Below, piece after piece: positions 1 to 13,400 of a stretch of 64,000 bases of DNA. This DNA is from Sphagnum compactum (lineage: Eukaryota): positions 24,914,213 through 24,978,212 of the forward strand of contig OZ234493.1 of NCBI GenBank assembly GCA_965153455.1, read 5' to 3'. A model generated the notes under the pieces. The model was not told the DNA's origin and did not search any database. It was given only the letters and a program-made list of their open reading frames with translations. Numbering within the stretch: position 1 is the first letter of the stretch; every line of letters starts with the position of its first letter. The translations under genes were made by a program, and so were the position numbers.

Positions 1-1
1 G

Positions 2-671
2 GTGGTGCTTGTCAATGAGGGGAGTGCAAGTGCAAGTGAGATTTTAGCTGGAGCCTTGCATGACAATGGACGTGCCATTCTTGTTGGTCAAAATACATAT
101 GGCAAAGGAAAAATTCAGGTGAGAGCATCTGCCTTCTTCGACAGACGATTGGCCTTTTGGTGAGGTCTTCAGTATTCCTCAGTACAAGTAGTCAATTTGC
201 TCATGCATTACACTCTGTGGACAAATATCTTTGTTCATACAGATGGTTTAGCATGGGCTAGGTATTTTCATATGGCAGCTGCCCTAAGGTTATTAGTCAG
301 TTCTCTTGGGTGTGTAGTATTCAATGTTGAAGTTCTTTTGTCTTTTCAAACCAGCAGTAAGAAGTTCAACAATTGTTGTTTAGCATCTTCTGTCATGTGG
401 GTTTTGTCTCTAGGCACAATAGATCTAACTGACGACCAAATTGTTGCAATGACAGAGTGTAACTGAGCTCCGAGATGGTTCTGCACTCTTTGTGACAGTA
501 GCCAAGTATTTATCTCCTGCACTGCACCAGATTGATCGTGTAGGCATTGCACCAGATGTGAAATGCATTCCTGGAGACAACATTTCAACCCCAGTCCGCC
601 CGAGCTCAGGCCCCCTATTGGAAAGTGATGCCTGTATTATGTTGGCGCAACGCCAATTGGACCTCCACTGA
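2..671 (+). CDS. CTPA: C-terminal processing peptidase (S41A/CtpA family), last two coding exons; gene begins upstream of the window
   Basis: Exon 2..118 reads [39 protein letters not shown], containing the S41A catalytic Ser (SASASE) and Lys (TYGKG) motifs. GT at 119, AG at 454-455. Exon 456..671 reads [21 protein letters not shown]...VGIAPDVKC...LDLH* (TGA 669-671). Confidence 0.92.
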
Positions 672-2383
672 TTTAAAACCAGGTTCAATGTTATTACAAC
701 TGTAAATTAGATTTTTTTCGGGGGGCGGGGGGATGTTGAGGCACACACCCTTAGTGTGAATCAAGTCTTGGTCACAGGTTTAGTTCTGTTAATTGGGGTT
801 AACGGGATATTTGATCTGTATGATCTGGTCATCATGCATTGCTTTGTAAATAGTCATTCATTTGTTAAGAGTGGGATTCACAGGCTGCAGTCTGCAATCA
901 TAGTGGTAAACACTGTGTTTGCCAAAACTAGAGATTATTATGCAGCTATGTACATTTTTACAATTAATTGTGATTGGTGATTGATTTTCAGTATTGGCAC
1001 TGTTTGGTGAGTTTAAGCAGCCACAGCTGTGTTCACCGCTTTCAAACATTTTATCCAACTGCTTCTTTGAGTCATCATTTTGGTGTTTCCTTCTTTTCTG
1101 TCTTGCTGGCTCACAGATAGAAGGTTTTATAAGATGCCAATTTTGGCCTGTTGGATGTTTAATCGATTCACAATGGCACGAAAGAATTGGCAGCTGAGAA
1201 GATGTGAACTTTGAGAGTTTGGAGTTCAACACAGGTCTGTGTAAATAACTTCCAGTTCTCTTCAAACTTGTTGCAGAACACCCATCTTCTGTCGTATCAG
1301 TCCAAAGCTTAGACAATCGCACATCAGTGTTGCTCCTTTTCTCACGAGATGTTCCAGGCTTTGTTGAAAGTTCTGTTTTGACCTCCATATACAAATCTTC
1401 AAGGAGACTTGCACAACAGTGTAAGCAAGCAAACATATTGATGACTGAAAGTTTTGCTCTGCAATGTAGCATACCCCTATCTATCTTGTTTCATGCTTAA
1501 AGGAGAGCTGCACAGAGTGGAGCAAAACAGCAAATCATGTCTGAAGTTTTGCTCTACAGTGTAGACCTACCTCATTGTCAATGCTTGAAAGAAGACTTGC
1601 AGATTTATCTGTGCATTGTGAATTCAGGCTAAAGGTTTTTTTAATATATGCTGTGGAAAATTGTGGGACACTCTGAAATGGTGATTTTGTACAGTGCCCG
1701 AGTTTCAGATTCCTCGAGAATGTCAGAAGCCTTTTCTGGCGATTTCTCAGATTCTCTGACATGTTCAAGTAGGAGAAGGATCTAAATCTTTCTAACATTT
1801 CTCACAGAAAGTTAGCTCAAGGAGGCACTTGTAATCAGCTGCTTGTTTCAATTTCCAACAAACCCGTGAGGAAGCCAAGGATGTGTATTCTGCATGTTGT
1901 CCATTACCATGTTGGTATTTACATCTTTTGATGTTCATAATAATCAATAAAATAATTTTAAAAAACCCTCACAAATGACATAACAAAGAGAACCCAAAAG
2001 TAAACCTCCAAAGCATGGAACAAATAGGTACCTCAAACACAAAATAACTCAAATTACATTCATTTGTTGTTCTTTTCTTTTTGTGATACATCAAATCTAA
2101 GTCAAAATTCCAACAAAATTGCAATTTGTTTCACACTACCACTGGCATTGACCCTTGATAATACATTGTAAAGTTTTGTCTCTCAAGTGTGTATCAATTT
2201 GATTGTGCCTACAAATAAAACAACGATTGAAAACCACAAACGAAAGCACGTGAACTAAAAAACCAAAAACAAATGAACATGTAACAAAAGAAAGAAGAAC
2301 ATAAACTTAAATCCAAAACTAAAAGTAAAAAATAGAAATAGAAAAAGGAAAGAGTTGTCTTCCCATACATGAGATTGGGTCAT

Positions 2384-2846
2384 CTTGATGACCCATAACC
2401 TCCATGTTGTACTCTCATGGAATGAGAGCCTTCTCCATTAGTGTTAATCTCAAACCCTATTCTAGTTTTGTTTAACAAATTTTTTAATTCTTTCAAGAAA
2501 GAAAAGTCAAAAGCTAAATTATCAACAATTAATTGTAGTTGGTTACAGCCAATTCGAGAAGTAGTAAACAAAATTTTATCACTCCTTTTTCATTTAGGTC
2601 TAGGGCATAGGAAGAGTTCTCGATGACCCATAACCTCCATGTTGTACTCTAATGGAATGAGAGCTTCTTTCATTCATGTAATTTCAACCCCTTTTCTAAT
2701 TTTGTTTGACAAAACTTTCTCTTTCAAGGAAAGTGAAAAAAAATCAAATTATCAACAATTAATCATAATTGATTATGACCAAACGAAGAAGTAATAAACC
2801 ATATTCCATCACTCCTCTTCCACTTAGGTCTAGAGGATATGAAGAG
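2384..2846. repeat. Diverged direct tandem duplication, 2 x ~235 bp
   Basis: GATGACCCATAACCTCCATGTTGTACTCT...TTATCAACAATTAAT...TTAGGTCTAG...GAAGAG occurs at ~2384-2616 and again at ~2619-2846. Confidence 0.85.
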
Positions 2847-3550
2847 CAAGTGAAGACATGACTTATCATCAAGCCAAATAGTAGTCGATTATAGTCGATT
2901 GTGACAACAAGAGAATTGGGACAAAATGTTTAAGTGCTAGAATCATCAACTCCAACATGGACATCAAAGTTTTCAACCTCCATGCAAATTGAAAGGTTGT
3001 ACAAGTTTGAAAATTTATCAACATCCACTTGAAGTTGATCATAAAGAGAAAAAAAACCTCAAGATTTCTAATCCATCATTAAACCACAAAACTTCGCCAC
3101 CCAAACTACTACTACTAGTAGAGAGTGTAAAAGGAAAGGCTTTAGAAACAAAAGGTGTAAGATAATCGAGTCTTCAAAAATTGTTGTTGGAAAGCTTGTT
3201 GGAAGCCGGTTGATCATGACTATGGAACATTGAACGGCAAGCAAAGGGACAAAACAAATATGAAAAATAAAGAAGAATCAATATAATCACTTCATGACAT
3301 AGAAATCTTGAGAACAACATACTTGAAGAATATATGATGCCAGAAGTAGTAGACATGCTACAACAGAAACACTCTTCAACAAAGAACTTGCACAAAAGCT
3401 CACACAAAGCAAGATGATAAGAGTTTCAAAGATGAATGCTTTGAAAAAAACTTTTAGAATAAGAAACGACACCAAACAAAAATTGAAGGCAAACAAATGA
3501 ACAACACACAAAGGAAACAAAAAAAAATGAGAGTTTCAAGAATGAACGTG

Positions 3551-3577
3551 GAGAGAGAGAGAGAGAGAGAGAGAGAG
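3551..3577. repeat. (GA)n microsatellite
   Basis: Perfect GA run directly visible. Confidence 0.95.
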
Positions 3578-4017
3578 CATAAAAATGAATGCAACACTTA
3601 GATCGTCTCAGGATGAAAGGAGCTTTTGTTTTTGCAAAAAAATTCACTCTGAATTCCAGATCCATGAATCCAGCCAGCGACCGAGAGAGACACAGAGCGC
3701 CAGAGAGAGACAGAGCTACAGAGAGATGTGTGCACTGGAATTGACACGTTCAGCAACAAAGGGAATTGCCATTTGCAAGCACCACGATATGCACCACTAG
3801 ATTTGAACCACCATGGCTGCGCAATGCTCAGTACTGTGCTCGCTTGCTGGTCTTTCTCCGTCGCCAGCATCTTCTAATTCCACTGGCCTTGTTTCCCTCG
3901 ACAACAACTGTCTCGAACACGAGCTGCAATCTATGTAGTTTGAACGCAGATTTTAATTTTCTTTCCTTGTCTATCTTCCAAGTGCTACGATGGTGAAGAA
4001 GATAGAAAAGCTTTGAA

Positions 4018-7000
4018 ATGAAAGTCATGCATGAGAGGATGAGAGGGGACCTGCAGGGCGCGGCAGTCCAGCAGCAAGTGCAGGCGGGAGGGGAGATGAT
4101 AGAGAAGGTGCCAATTCCGGGATTGAGGCCTACAGTATGGGATCAGACACAACAGAAGGTGAAGTACCCCAAGCTGCTGCGGAAGGCGGTCACCGATGTG
4201 GTGGTTGTGGGAGCGGAATAGCTGGTCTCACAGTAGCTTACAATCTTGTCAAGGAAGGCAAGAAGGTGGTTGTTCTTGAAAGTCGAGTTCGAGGTAAAAT
4301 TGATAGAGATGATGATCAGATTTGGCAGCAGACTTGATATTTTTCTGAAACAAATTCTCTCATGCAACAAGGACTGCCGACCGGGTGGGAAGTGGTGTCT
4401 CAGGTGGAGGACAGACAGGCAGAACCTCAGCACATATAATGCCTTGGTACGATGATTTCTACCATCAAGTGGAAGATGTGCATGGGTTTTACGTTGCACA
4501 GATTGTTGCAGAGAGCTACAAGACAGCCATTGACTGGGTGGAGCGTACACTCGAGGAAGAAGGCATTCAATGCAATTTTGCTCGAGTCGATGTCTATCTC
4601 TTTCCACATGCGCATACCAAAGAAGCTCACGACAAATTGCTAAAGGTAAATACGTTTACAGCTTTGACTGGAGGGAAATCACTTCCAATTTTTTTTCAAA
4701 TGGCGTGCAAAGAACATGAAGTGTAAACTAATCTCAGGTGAAGTTGACAAATTCAGAGAGAGGTGTTTCAGCATGAACAAAGCTTGATCCAAAGTTTACC
4801 ACTAGTAGACAGACAGATCTACGCAGAAAGGAAACAAAATTATGGCTTGCATGCTCTGAGATTGTGTTGTGGAGGAGCAAAGAGATGATGATGGGCTCTT
4901 AATCCATGGTTTTGTTTTTTGTTCTGTGGCCATGTGGCAAGAAACCACAAAATTGAGGAAATTGACTGCAGGAGTTTGTTGCTTGCCAAAATCTGGGAGT
5001 CAACGTGGAAATGCAGGACTTGGGCAATGATCCTGCAAGTGGAAAAATTGGCACTGCTATATGACTTGCAAGTGCTGCCGAGTCTCACCCTCTTCTGTGA
5101 GCCTATCTTATCTCCAGTGAACAGTAGACATTGTTGATTACAACAGTTCCTTCAAATTCAATAGGATTGTTAGACTCCTTATGAAGGTTGTTCTCATGAA
5201 GTGTGATTTCTTTCCTGAAGATGATAGATATCATGACTCCAGTCCATTGATTGATCGAGATTTAAGCCAGTGCCAAATGTGTCGATTCAAGGGCATATAC
5301 CAATATAATCAAAATGTGAAGTTTTTGTGCTTCTCTGAGGGAGTGGGTCATAGGTACATCAATGGGTTGGCAGATGCTATTGTGAAGAAAGGAGGGAAAG
5401 TCTATGAGGAGACAGGAGTGATGAAGCGTGAGGGGACAAAAGTCGCCACAGAAGAAGGATTCCAAGTGACTGCCAATGCACTGGTTATCACTACAAATTC
5501 TCCTATCTACCATGACCTGTTGATTCATGCCCGACAAACAGCAAAGTGTACTTACGCTATCGGCCTTAAGCCCCCAAAAGGGATCTGTCAAGTACTATGT
5601 TGTTGCTTCTTCTTCCCTTTTGTGTTAGGTTCTTCTGTGAAAAGGGAGCCCAGAGGAAATATACATATATGCATCATCTTCTCCACATCCCCCCCTCACA
5701 ATTGGCTTGGTGATTTAGAGAGAAGTGCCCTGAAACAAAAGTTGGCTGCAATATTTTTTGCTATTAGTTTCTGATGAGATCTTCACTACTTCTATTGTGC
5801 TGCTGCTGCTATTCTGAACATTTGCAGAAATTGTTTGTCATTTGCCTCCTCCAAAAAGCGCATTGGGATATAGTGTAGATCATGAATCAGTTCTTGCAGC
5901 CTGCATTTTATTTTGTCAACTAGTATGAATGAAAAGCCTCTTGTAAGATATATGAATGCGGATCGGGTGCTTTTGGAGCAGGAGAGTTCAATGGTGGGAC
6001 ACAGCTGATATCTATCACTAAGTGCGCATCGAGCAAAGACAAGATTTTGATGTTTTGGTAGTTGGTGGAGAAGACACAAGCACTGGCATGAAACCTAGAG
6101 ACTTCCATGACCCATATGGAAATTTAGCAAAATGGGCTAAAGTAAGGTGGACCTCTGCAGAGGAGGTTCTTTACACGTGGACAGGCCAGGTTTGTCATTG
6201 CTATCACCACAGGGATTGAACAGTGTTGTCATTGTGAACTGTGGTTTAGATTGCAATCAGAAGCTCAAATACAGATCTATGAGTTGCTCTAATGTTTTGA
6301 GAGCACTGCTGTGTGCATGCCACTCGGGTGATGTAACAGGGCTGCACACAATCTTGTGAATTTGGAAAGAGTGCAGAACTCCACAACTTTGGTGATGAAA
6401 AATTGTTTCTTTTTTGTGCTACCTTCAATTGAATGAAAAATCATATGGACAGGTGTTTGAGCCAGCAGATGCGTTACACATTATTGGCCCTGAACCCCTT
6501 GAAGCTGGCAAAGCTGATCAATACGTTGTTACTGGTAGTCATCATCTCTTTCTCCTCCTGGCAAAAACTGGATTGTAATGTAAAGGATTGTCCATACATG
6601 ATGAGACAGAGAAAGACTCATTTTTCTATCACATTCATTAATTTCTCTCCTCTCTTCCCAAGAGGGAAAATAAGAAGTTTTGATCTTCCTTCTAAAAGAT
6701 ATTCCTCTGTTCTAGTATACTAAAAGCTTGGGCCTGCAGAAGAAGGGGTTACCCAACTTTGCTGCTCTACTACTAGACACAAAACAGCTCACCATTGTTG
6801 ACAAAAACAAGTTATCTGAATTTGACAACTACAGACTGTCATGTGTCTTATGTGAGAAGGATTGGAGACAAAACCATTGTAGATGCTCACGTGAATTTCA
6901 ACTTAATCAAAACGTTCAATCCATAAATATGTATGTGGGACATGAGAGCTCAAGTAATTTTATTTGTTATCATCAGACTTCAGGAGTGATGTGGCTGGAA

Positions 7001-8180
7001 GATAATATTATTTTAGCTGGAAAAATGTACTATTACCATACCTTTAAGGATATGCTTATTTTTGGAGGGCAGGTGACAGTGGGCAAGGCATGACTGAAAG
7101 CACAATAGCTGGGATTATGATCAAGGATATGATTTTAGGGAAGCAAAATTCATGGGTCAAGGCTTACAATCCCCAGAGGAAGCTTCCCACCTCAAAACTG
7201 ACATTGTCAAATGTGGCAGAAGAAATCCAGCATACTGTAGAGGTTTTTTCTTTCAACCTCTTTCATGATTTATATTTCTTCATCATCATCAAACTAACAT
7301 GTGAAACTAATTTTCATAAATGGAACAACAATAAACTTCTTTTGCTGTGAGCACTGGAAGCTGCAAATATCAGCTCCTTCAAATCAGTTTCAGTTGCTTG
7401 GCTTGGGATCCAACAGTTGGTGCTTTTGAAAATTGGTATAGATACATAGTTGATCATCATTATATTATTGCACTTGGCAAAATGTTGTATTTTTTTTCCA
7501 CAGGGTCTGGCCAAGGACTTCATACCAGTTGTGGGTACTGACCCATTCAATGTTGAGGAATTAGTTCCATTCAGTGGCTGTGTTGTACAAGAGGGACTTA
7601 GCAAGATCGCAGTGTACAAAGATGGTGATGGCAACCTTCACAAATTTTCGGGTGAGTCAGTCTTCTTCACAATCTCAGCTCATGAAGAGCAAAATTAATC
7701 TTCATATTGAAAAACACCCAAGAGAATCTCTCTTTCTCTACTCTTTTGGTAGTAGGAAAACAACTAGAGTTCCTCAAGAGTTCATATTTTTCCACAGATA
7801 TAACTTTGTACAGTCACAAACATGGGTAGATAGCCATTTGATGGAATTTAAGTGATTCAATTTTACTGATGTGCTGTGGCCAACAATAAGGGTACTTCCA
7901 TGGAGGGATGGATTGCAAAGTGTTGTTTTGTAGCACCTCTTTCACAACTTCATTATGAGAAAAGGGAAAATGCATTATGTTGTATTTGTAATGACAACTG
8001 CAAGTTGATAATTGACCTTTGGGAAATGCATGTGGAAATGTAGCTATTTGCTCGCACATGAAGTGTGTTGTGAAATGGAATCCACTTGATGCGACATTTG
8101 ATTGCCCTTGCCATGGTTCCATCTTTGGACGTTGCATCAATGGCCCTGCAAAAGCTGACCTTCCTCCTCACGATAAGTAA
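4018..8180 (+). pseudogene. Disabled FAD-dependent oxidoreductase (DAO family) fused to a C-terminal Rieske [2Fe-2S] domain, YhfW-like; 9 exons
   Basis: Exons ~4018-4293, 4404-4645, 4972-5096, 5354-5591, 5982-6189, 6453-6534, 7073-7242, 7504-7651, 8044-8180, all GT-AG. Motifs: DVVVVGA/GIAGL (Rossmann), GGGQTGRTSAH, HPLLYINGLA, VVGGED, VTGDSGQGMT, Rieske CSHMKC and DCPCHGS. Lesions: 1-nt deletion at ~4214 in GxGxxG, TGA at 5062-5064, TAA at 6019-6021. Confidence 0.88.
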
Positions 8181-10454
8181 GTTTCAAGTTCCAACACCAC
8201 AGCCAAGTTCACTCTCAGCCCCCAAAAGTGTGATAACCTCATTTGTTGTTCATATGCGCTAGTAGAGAGGTAGGTTTGCAAAGCAATTCTCAACAAATGG
8301 TCATCTATGATGCTAATACCAATAGCATCATTAGATTATCAATCAAGTTGTTCATTGAGGGCTTCCTTCTATTGGCCTAGGGATAGGGTAGTATAAAATG
8401 TCTCAAAGAAGCTCCTTGCATGTGGAAAACCCATAATGATTTGCATCAAAATTTGGTCCACTTTGTGTAATCTCCCGTTTTCTTGAACTATCTTTGTACT
8501 GTTGATCACTCATTTTGTGGACAATCCTGACATGAAGGGAGTTAATGCAAAATAGGTAGTGGTATATGGCACTTATGGAGGAGAACCTAAGCAACCATTG
8601 CACACCAAAATTGATCTATGATGTGCTCTAATGTCTTTTGCTTCTTGCACAATGTTTTCTATCTTTACCTATCATTCCTAGTCCATATGTTGTAAAAATA
8701 GGGTAGTTGGGTGCAAGGGATTAAACTTGGTATAAATGCAGGTGGAAATCCATGTTTGTCATGTGTCAAACACCTGCCACAGGCTCTGAGACTTCTCTTT
8801 GGATGTTGTACTAACACATTACATAAAATTACATCATGTTACAAGAGGCCCATAGATTCAAGCAAGTTTCTGTGACCTCTAATACAAATCTGTACCCATA
8901 AAACAACATTTTTCAGTTGAAGAACCTCAATGAAGTAGAAAAGCAATGGTCACTTTTGGTTGCTCTACAAACTTCAAAATCTATTTTACTAACCAATTGA
9001 TGGAATTAATCTAAGATATTAAAATAGGATTTAACGCATAACGGACAAAATTGTTAATAAGAATAATATGCAAAGAGGGGAGGATTGATGCTTCTATTGG
9101 AGTAACATCAAACTTTTGCATTTCATTGTTTATGACACTAGGAACTTCATGACTGCAATATTTTGCTTATGGCTGACTCATTTTCTTTGAGCCATAAAAC
9201 CGCCTCATTATCATTGTATTGAACTTGGTTGTCATAATTGCACATGTGACATATATAAAAACTATAAACCCACAAATGGCCAAACATGTTTTCACAATAA
9301 TGTTTGGGACCCAAGTGTGATAAAGGGGTTGTAACTTGATTTTCCAACTATGGTAGCTCTTCTTATCATTGGACTATCAATGCAAATCAATGAACTGTGC
9401 CATAGGCACGAACATGATGGAAGAATGGGCATGACACCAAAATCATGAACTTGGTGAAGGATGAAAACTTATTATCGCACTCTCCATTTAAATCAATGTT
9501 AAATTCATCACTTAAATACTCTTTCAATTTGGACTTGGACCCATGTCTCATTTAACAATTGGCACACAATTTTACAGCCATTTAAATGAAGTCATATCTA
9601 AGTAAGCTTTTTACAGCACAAATATGGAATATTGAAAAAAAACCTGTTCAACAACATTTCTATCAATTCTAGATACAATTCCACTCTGCAACTTTTCTAT
9701 TCAACAATTAGCAACATTGTCATTCCTTTAAGACTACAACTTGGCTTGGGAAAACAATCCTTCCCCATAACACAAAGCAATGATGTACAAATGCCATAAA
9801 TCCTAGAATCCAATACTGAGGTTTTTCAGTGCAGAAACAACCCCCCTCTCCAAGGCCCTGAGGAGTGAGGAATCAGAACTCTAAAAATTCTCTACATACA
9901 ATGAATTGCTTCAATTCTTTGAAGTGGATTACAGTTTCAAAGTTGGATTTAGGTCTCAAGCCTGTTAGTACAAAGTAGGTTACACCTTTGCAATCAGATG
10001 GACCAGTCACTTCCAACACAATCCCAGGAAATGAATTACTTGACTACAGGTAAACATTCACTAGCTGGACAAACCAGGAAGAGTAAGAACGCAACATACA
10101 ATGACAGAAGGTTGTTCAAACCACTGGTGTTCAATTTAACATTGACCAATATCTCAATGCTTGGATTTGCTCAGAAGTACTTCCAAATTCCATTAGTCGA
10201 TGTGAGCCATGTCTTTTCCCTGAAAACATAAGCTTTTCAGTGTTATCAAAGCAGTGAAAAACCTGCATCAACTAAAAGATTTAGACCCTCACACGCCAGC
10301 CTCTCCCAGGGTGCAAACTTGAGTGTATGTAGTATCACATTGGGCTGTCAAGCAACTTCAAGTTATTTTCCACAGGGTTCTCCATGGATACCTCAGACTA
10401 TGTTTTATGATTTGTGTGCTTGTTGACCACAAATCATGCGATATAGCCGTACTG

Positions 10455-13400
10455 CTATTTCCTCATTTGCGTGAAGAGGGGTGTAGGGGCTGGCGGGGTT
10501 GGGGTGCCACCAAACCCGGAAACTCCCCCACCAGCAAAAGCCCCAAATCCACCACCCCCACTTTGGTTGCCACCAAATGCCTGAAAGCCTCCACCTCCAG
10601 CCACTCCAGCAAAGCCTGCCCATTTTTCACACCATCTGAGTGAGATTGTTTACAAGAGTCAAGGTAAACACCTTTCATGACCTGTTCTTACAGCAAATTA
10701 CAGAGCACACAAGCAATGCCTGTCATCCAGTTGACTTGCAGCAAAAGATGATCACTGTGAAAATGTCAATGTTTCAATTCACTCTCAAGTTTCTGGCCAG
10801 CCATACATAAAAGTGAGTTGATTCTTGGTTACTATGTAACTATATCACTTTTTGTGACAGGTTACCTGATGGAGCACTTCCAAATCCACTAGCAGATGCA
10901 GCTCCTGCAAAACCTCCACCAGTAGCTGCACTTGCAAAACCTCCACTACTAACTGCAGTTCCCACCCCACCTCCAAATGGGCTGGACAGACCAGCCCCCA
11001 TTTGTCTTGTCTGACCAAATGCTCCCAGTGCACTACCCAAGGCTTGCTGCCCAGGTCCAAGCTGTGATCGTTGCCCAAACCCTCCAATCCCAGGTTGCAT
11101 GGGGGTTGCAAACCCTGTACCAGGTGCTGCTGAACTTGTACTGAAAAGATTGCCCCCAGATGGGTTACTTGTAGCAGCTCCAAACCCAATTCCAAATGGA
11201 CTTGCCTGGCCTTGCTGGGGTGACATTCCACTCCCAAAAGTGCTTGCTCCACTTGATTGTGGTGAAGATTGAGCAGAAGGCAAGCTGAAAGCTGCTGGCC
11301 GAAACAGCTGACCCTGCGGTGCAGACAATGGAGGAAACATTGATGAAGGCTGTTGGGGCATAAATGGGGATGAACTTCCAAAGGGGCTGCTCTTTTGGGC
11401 TTCAGCTGGTGATGGAGTTGACCCTAACCCTAAACCCCCAAGGCTTCCAAACCCACTGAGCACTCCTGAACCTGTTGGTTCTTCCTCCATGTCCTCCTCA
11501 TCAAGATCAGAGGGTTGCATTGACACAGATGTGAACAATGGAGCTTGCACTGGAGTGTTTGATGCAGGAAAAACAAACTGTGTTGTGGGTGTTGGGGGAA
11601 GGGATGCTGGAGGTCCTAGATTCTGTACTGCTGCAGGTGATGACAGAGGCCCTTGCTGAGAAGAGACAGGTGTGCTGAGGGATGAAGAATTCTGGCTCAC
11701 TTGAGTGATGGTTGGTGCAGCAGCCACAGAGGCAACCACCTGAGGTTTCTCAGCTGAAAGAGGTGTAGCTGTAGTTGTAGGTTTCACTGGAAAAAAAGCT
11801 GCACTGCTTGAATTGTGAAAACTTCCTGAACTAGTAGCTGGCTTGTTGAACTGCAGTTGCGCAGGAGGGGTGAGGGGCAGAGGAAGCTTCTCATCATTGA
11901 ACTGGCTCTTGGTATCCACTTCCTTAAAGCCTGAAAGTTTGTTGCCAGAAAGATTCAGTGTGAAAGCTGATGGAGCTGCTACGCTCACAGAGGTGGCAAC
12001 CCCTTCTGGAGATGAATACAGAGGCAAACTTCCTCCTCCTCCAAGAGGCATGGGCTTTGAAAAACTACTAGCTTTAGATGGAGCAATCTTGGCTCCCAAG
12101 TTAGACTTATCAAGTTTCCCAGTTCCAAATCCTGGCTTCAGATTGTTGTCCACATTGATCTTTGGGAAGCCTTCATTGCCAGATTTGCCAGTAGCCTGGT
12201 TTCCAACTGTTTGAGTGGATTCTATATTCACAGTGTTAGGTAAACCTGATGAACCAGACACTGTTGAGGAAAAGATCCCCACACTTGATGGCTGTGAGCC
12301 AGAACTGGCTGCTGCTTGGATTGCAAGACTAGCTCCTGGTTTATCTGGAGCTCCACTAACTTTTGGTTCTGATGGTGTGGAAACAAAGGAGAATGAGGAT
12401 GCCAAGGTCGGTGATGCATTGCTTGCCCACTTAAACACACTCTCGGAGTTGGGAATGGAGCTCAAAGGGGTTGAGCTAGTAGTATTTGGGACTGAGGCAG
12501 CAGTAGTGCTTGCAGGTGGTGGCCCAAATCGTGAGGCTGGAAATGTTGGTGCAGTATCTCCAAACGATAGTGGACCCCTTGACACTGCCACAAGAACAGT
12601 CAACAGTGAGGACTTCTGTTGCAATCCTGTGAATCTAAGGCCAACAGAACAACCTCTGCATATAGGGCAAGCAATTCACATACAGGCTTCAAGCATTTGA
12701 GTTGCATTATCAATAAAGAAAAATATCACATACAGACTGTACAAAATAATGAGATTGCAGAATCTCCTGTGTGCTGCCTTGAAGATAATAACTTGATTGT
12801 AAACCTTACCTATCCTCTTGGATTCTGGTCTGCCCTCTTCTGACTGCTGGGTCTGCAATGAAGTGGGCAAGAATGACTTTTGTGAACTAGTGACACCAAC
12901 ATTGAACATATTTCCACTGGTGAAATTTGCCTCGTAATCAGAACTAGATGAGGTAGATGTAGAACTGGAAACCACTGAGCCTGTCTGACTGGAAAGGACC
13001 CGCCTCACATGTCGGGGATGGGCTGCACTTTCGTCAGTGGAGTCCTGGAGAAACAAACCTGGTAAGAATCCTCCCTCACACCTATATATCCTACATCATC
13101 TAGTTGCTGGATTCCGCTGGTAGGTGTTTGTAGAGTGGGCAAATCTTAGAGGGAAAGCTCTACTCTATGGGTGCTAAATTAGTGTGCTGCCGGATTTCAA
13201 ATGCAGTATGTGTTATAGAGTAGGTGGATGATAAAAGGGAAGAACTTGAGCAAAAAACAATAAAATAATAAAACTAGCAGTATGAACAAAAGTGACAGTC
13301 TCTCTCACTTGTTCAGGGACCGTCAACAGTAACAGGTATGATAGCAACATATCTACCATAACTTACCCACTGACTTTGTCAGCTCCCCATATGAGTATAG

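Noticed and set aside
5062-6021. Stop codons rescued by U-to-C editing, selenocysteine or readthrough
   Set aside because: This is a nuclear gene, TAA at a Tyr position cannot be repaired by U-to-C editing, and a frameshift is also present.
8390-9600. Possible CACTA-like transposase remnants (HLGPKHYCEN, GFPPAF on the minus strand)
   Set aside because: The motifs are too short and eroded to support a call without a search.
10463-10678. ORF-track frames for the NUP214 last exon (e.g. DGVKNGQALLEW...)
   Set aside because: The acceptor at 10616-10618 gives the FG-rich frame ending LFTQMRK*; the listed ORFs are alternative frames.
11843-12700. Plus-strand ORFs antisense to NUP214 (and similar ORFs opposite the F-box and PPR exons)
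   Set aside because: These are shadow ORFs of long low-complexity coding exons with no independent motifs.
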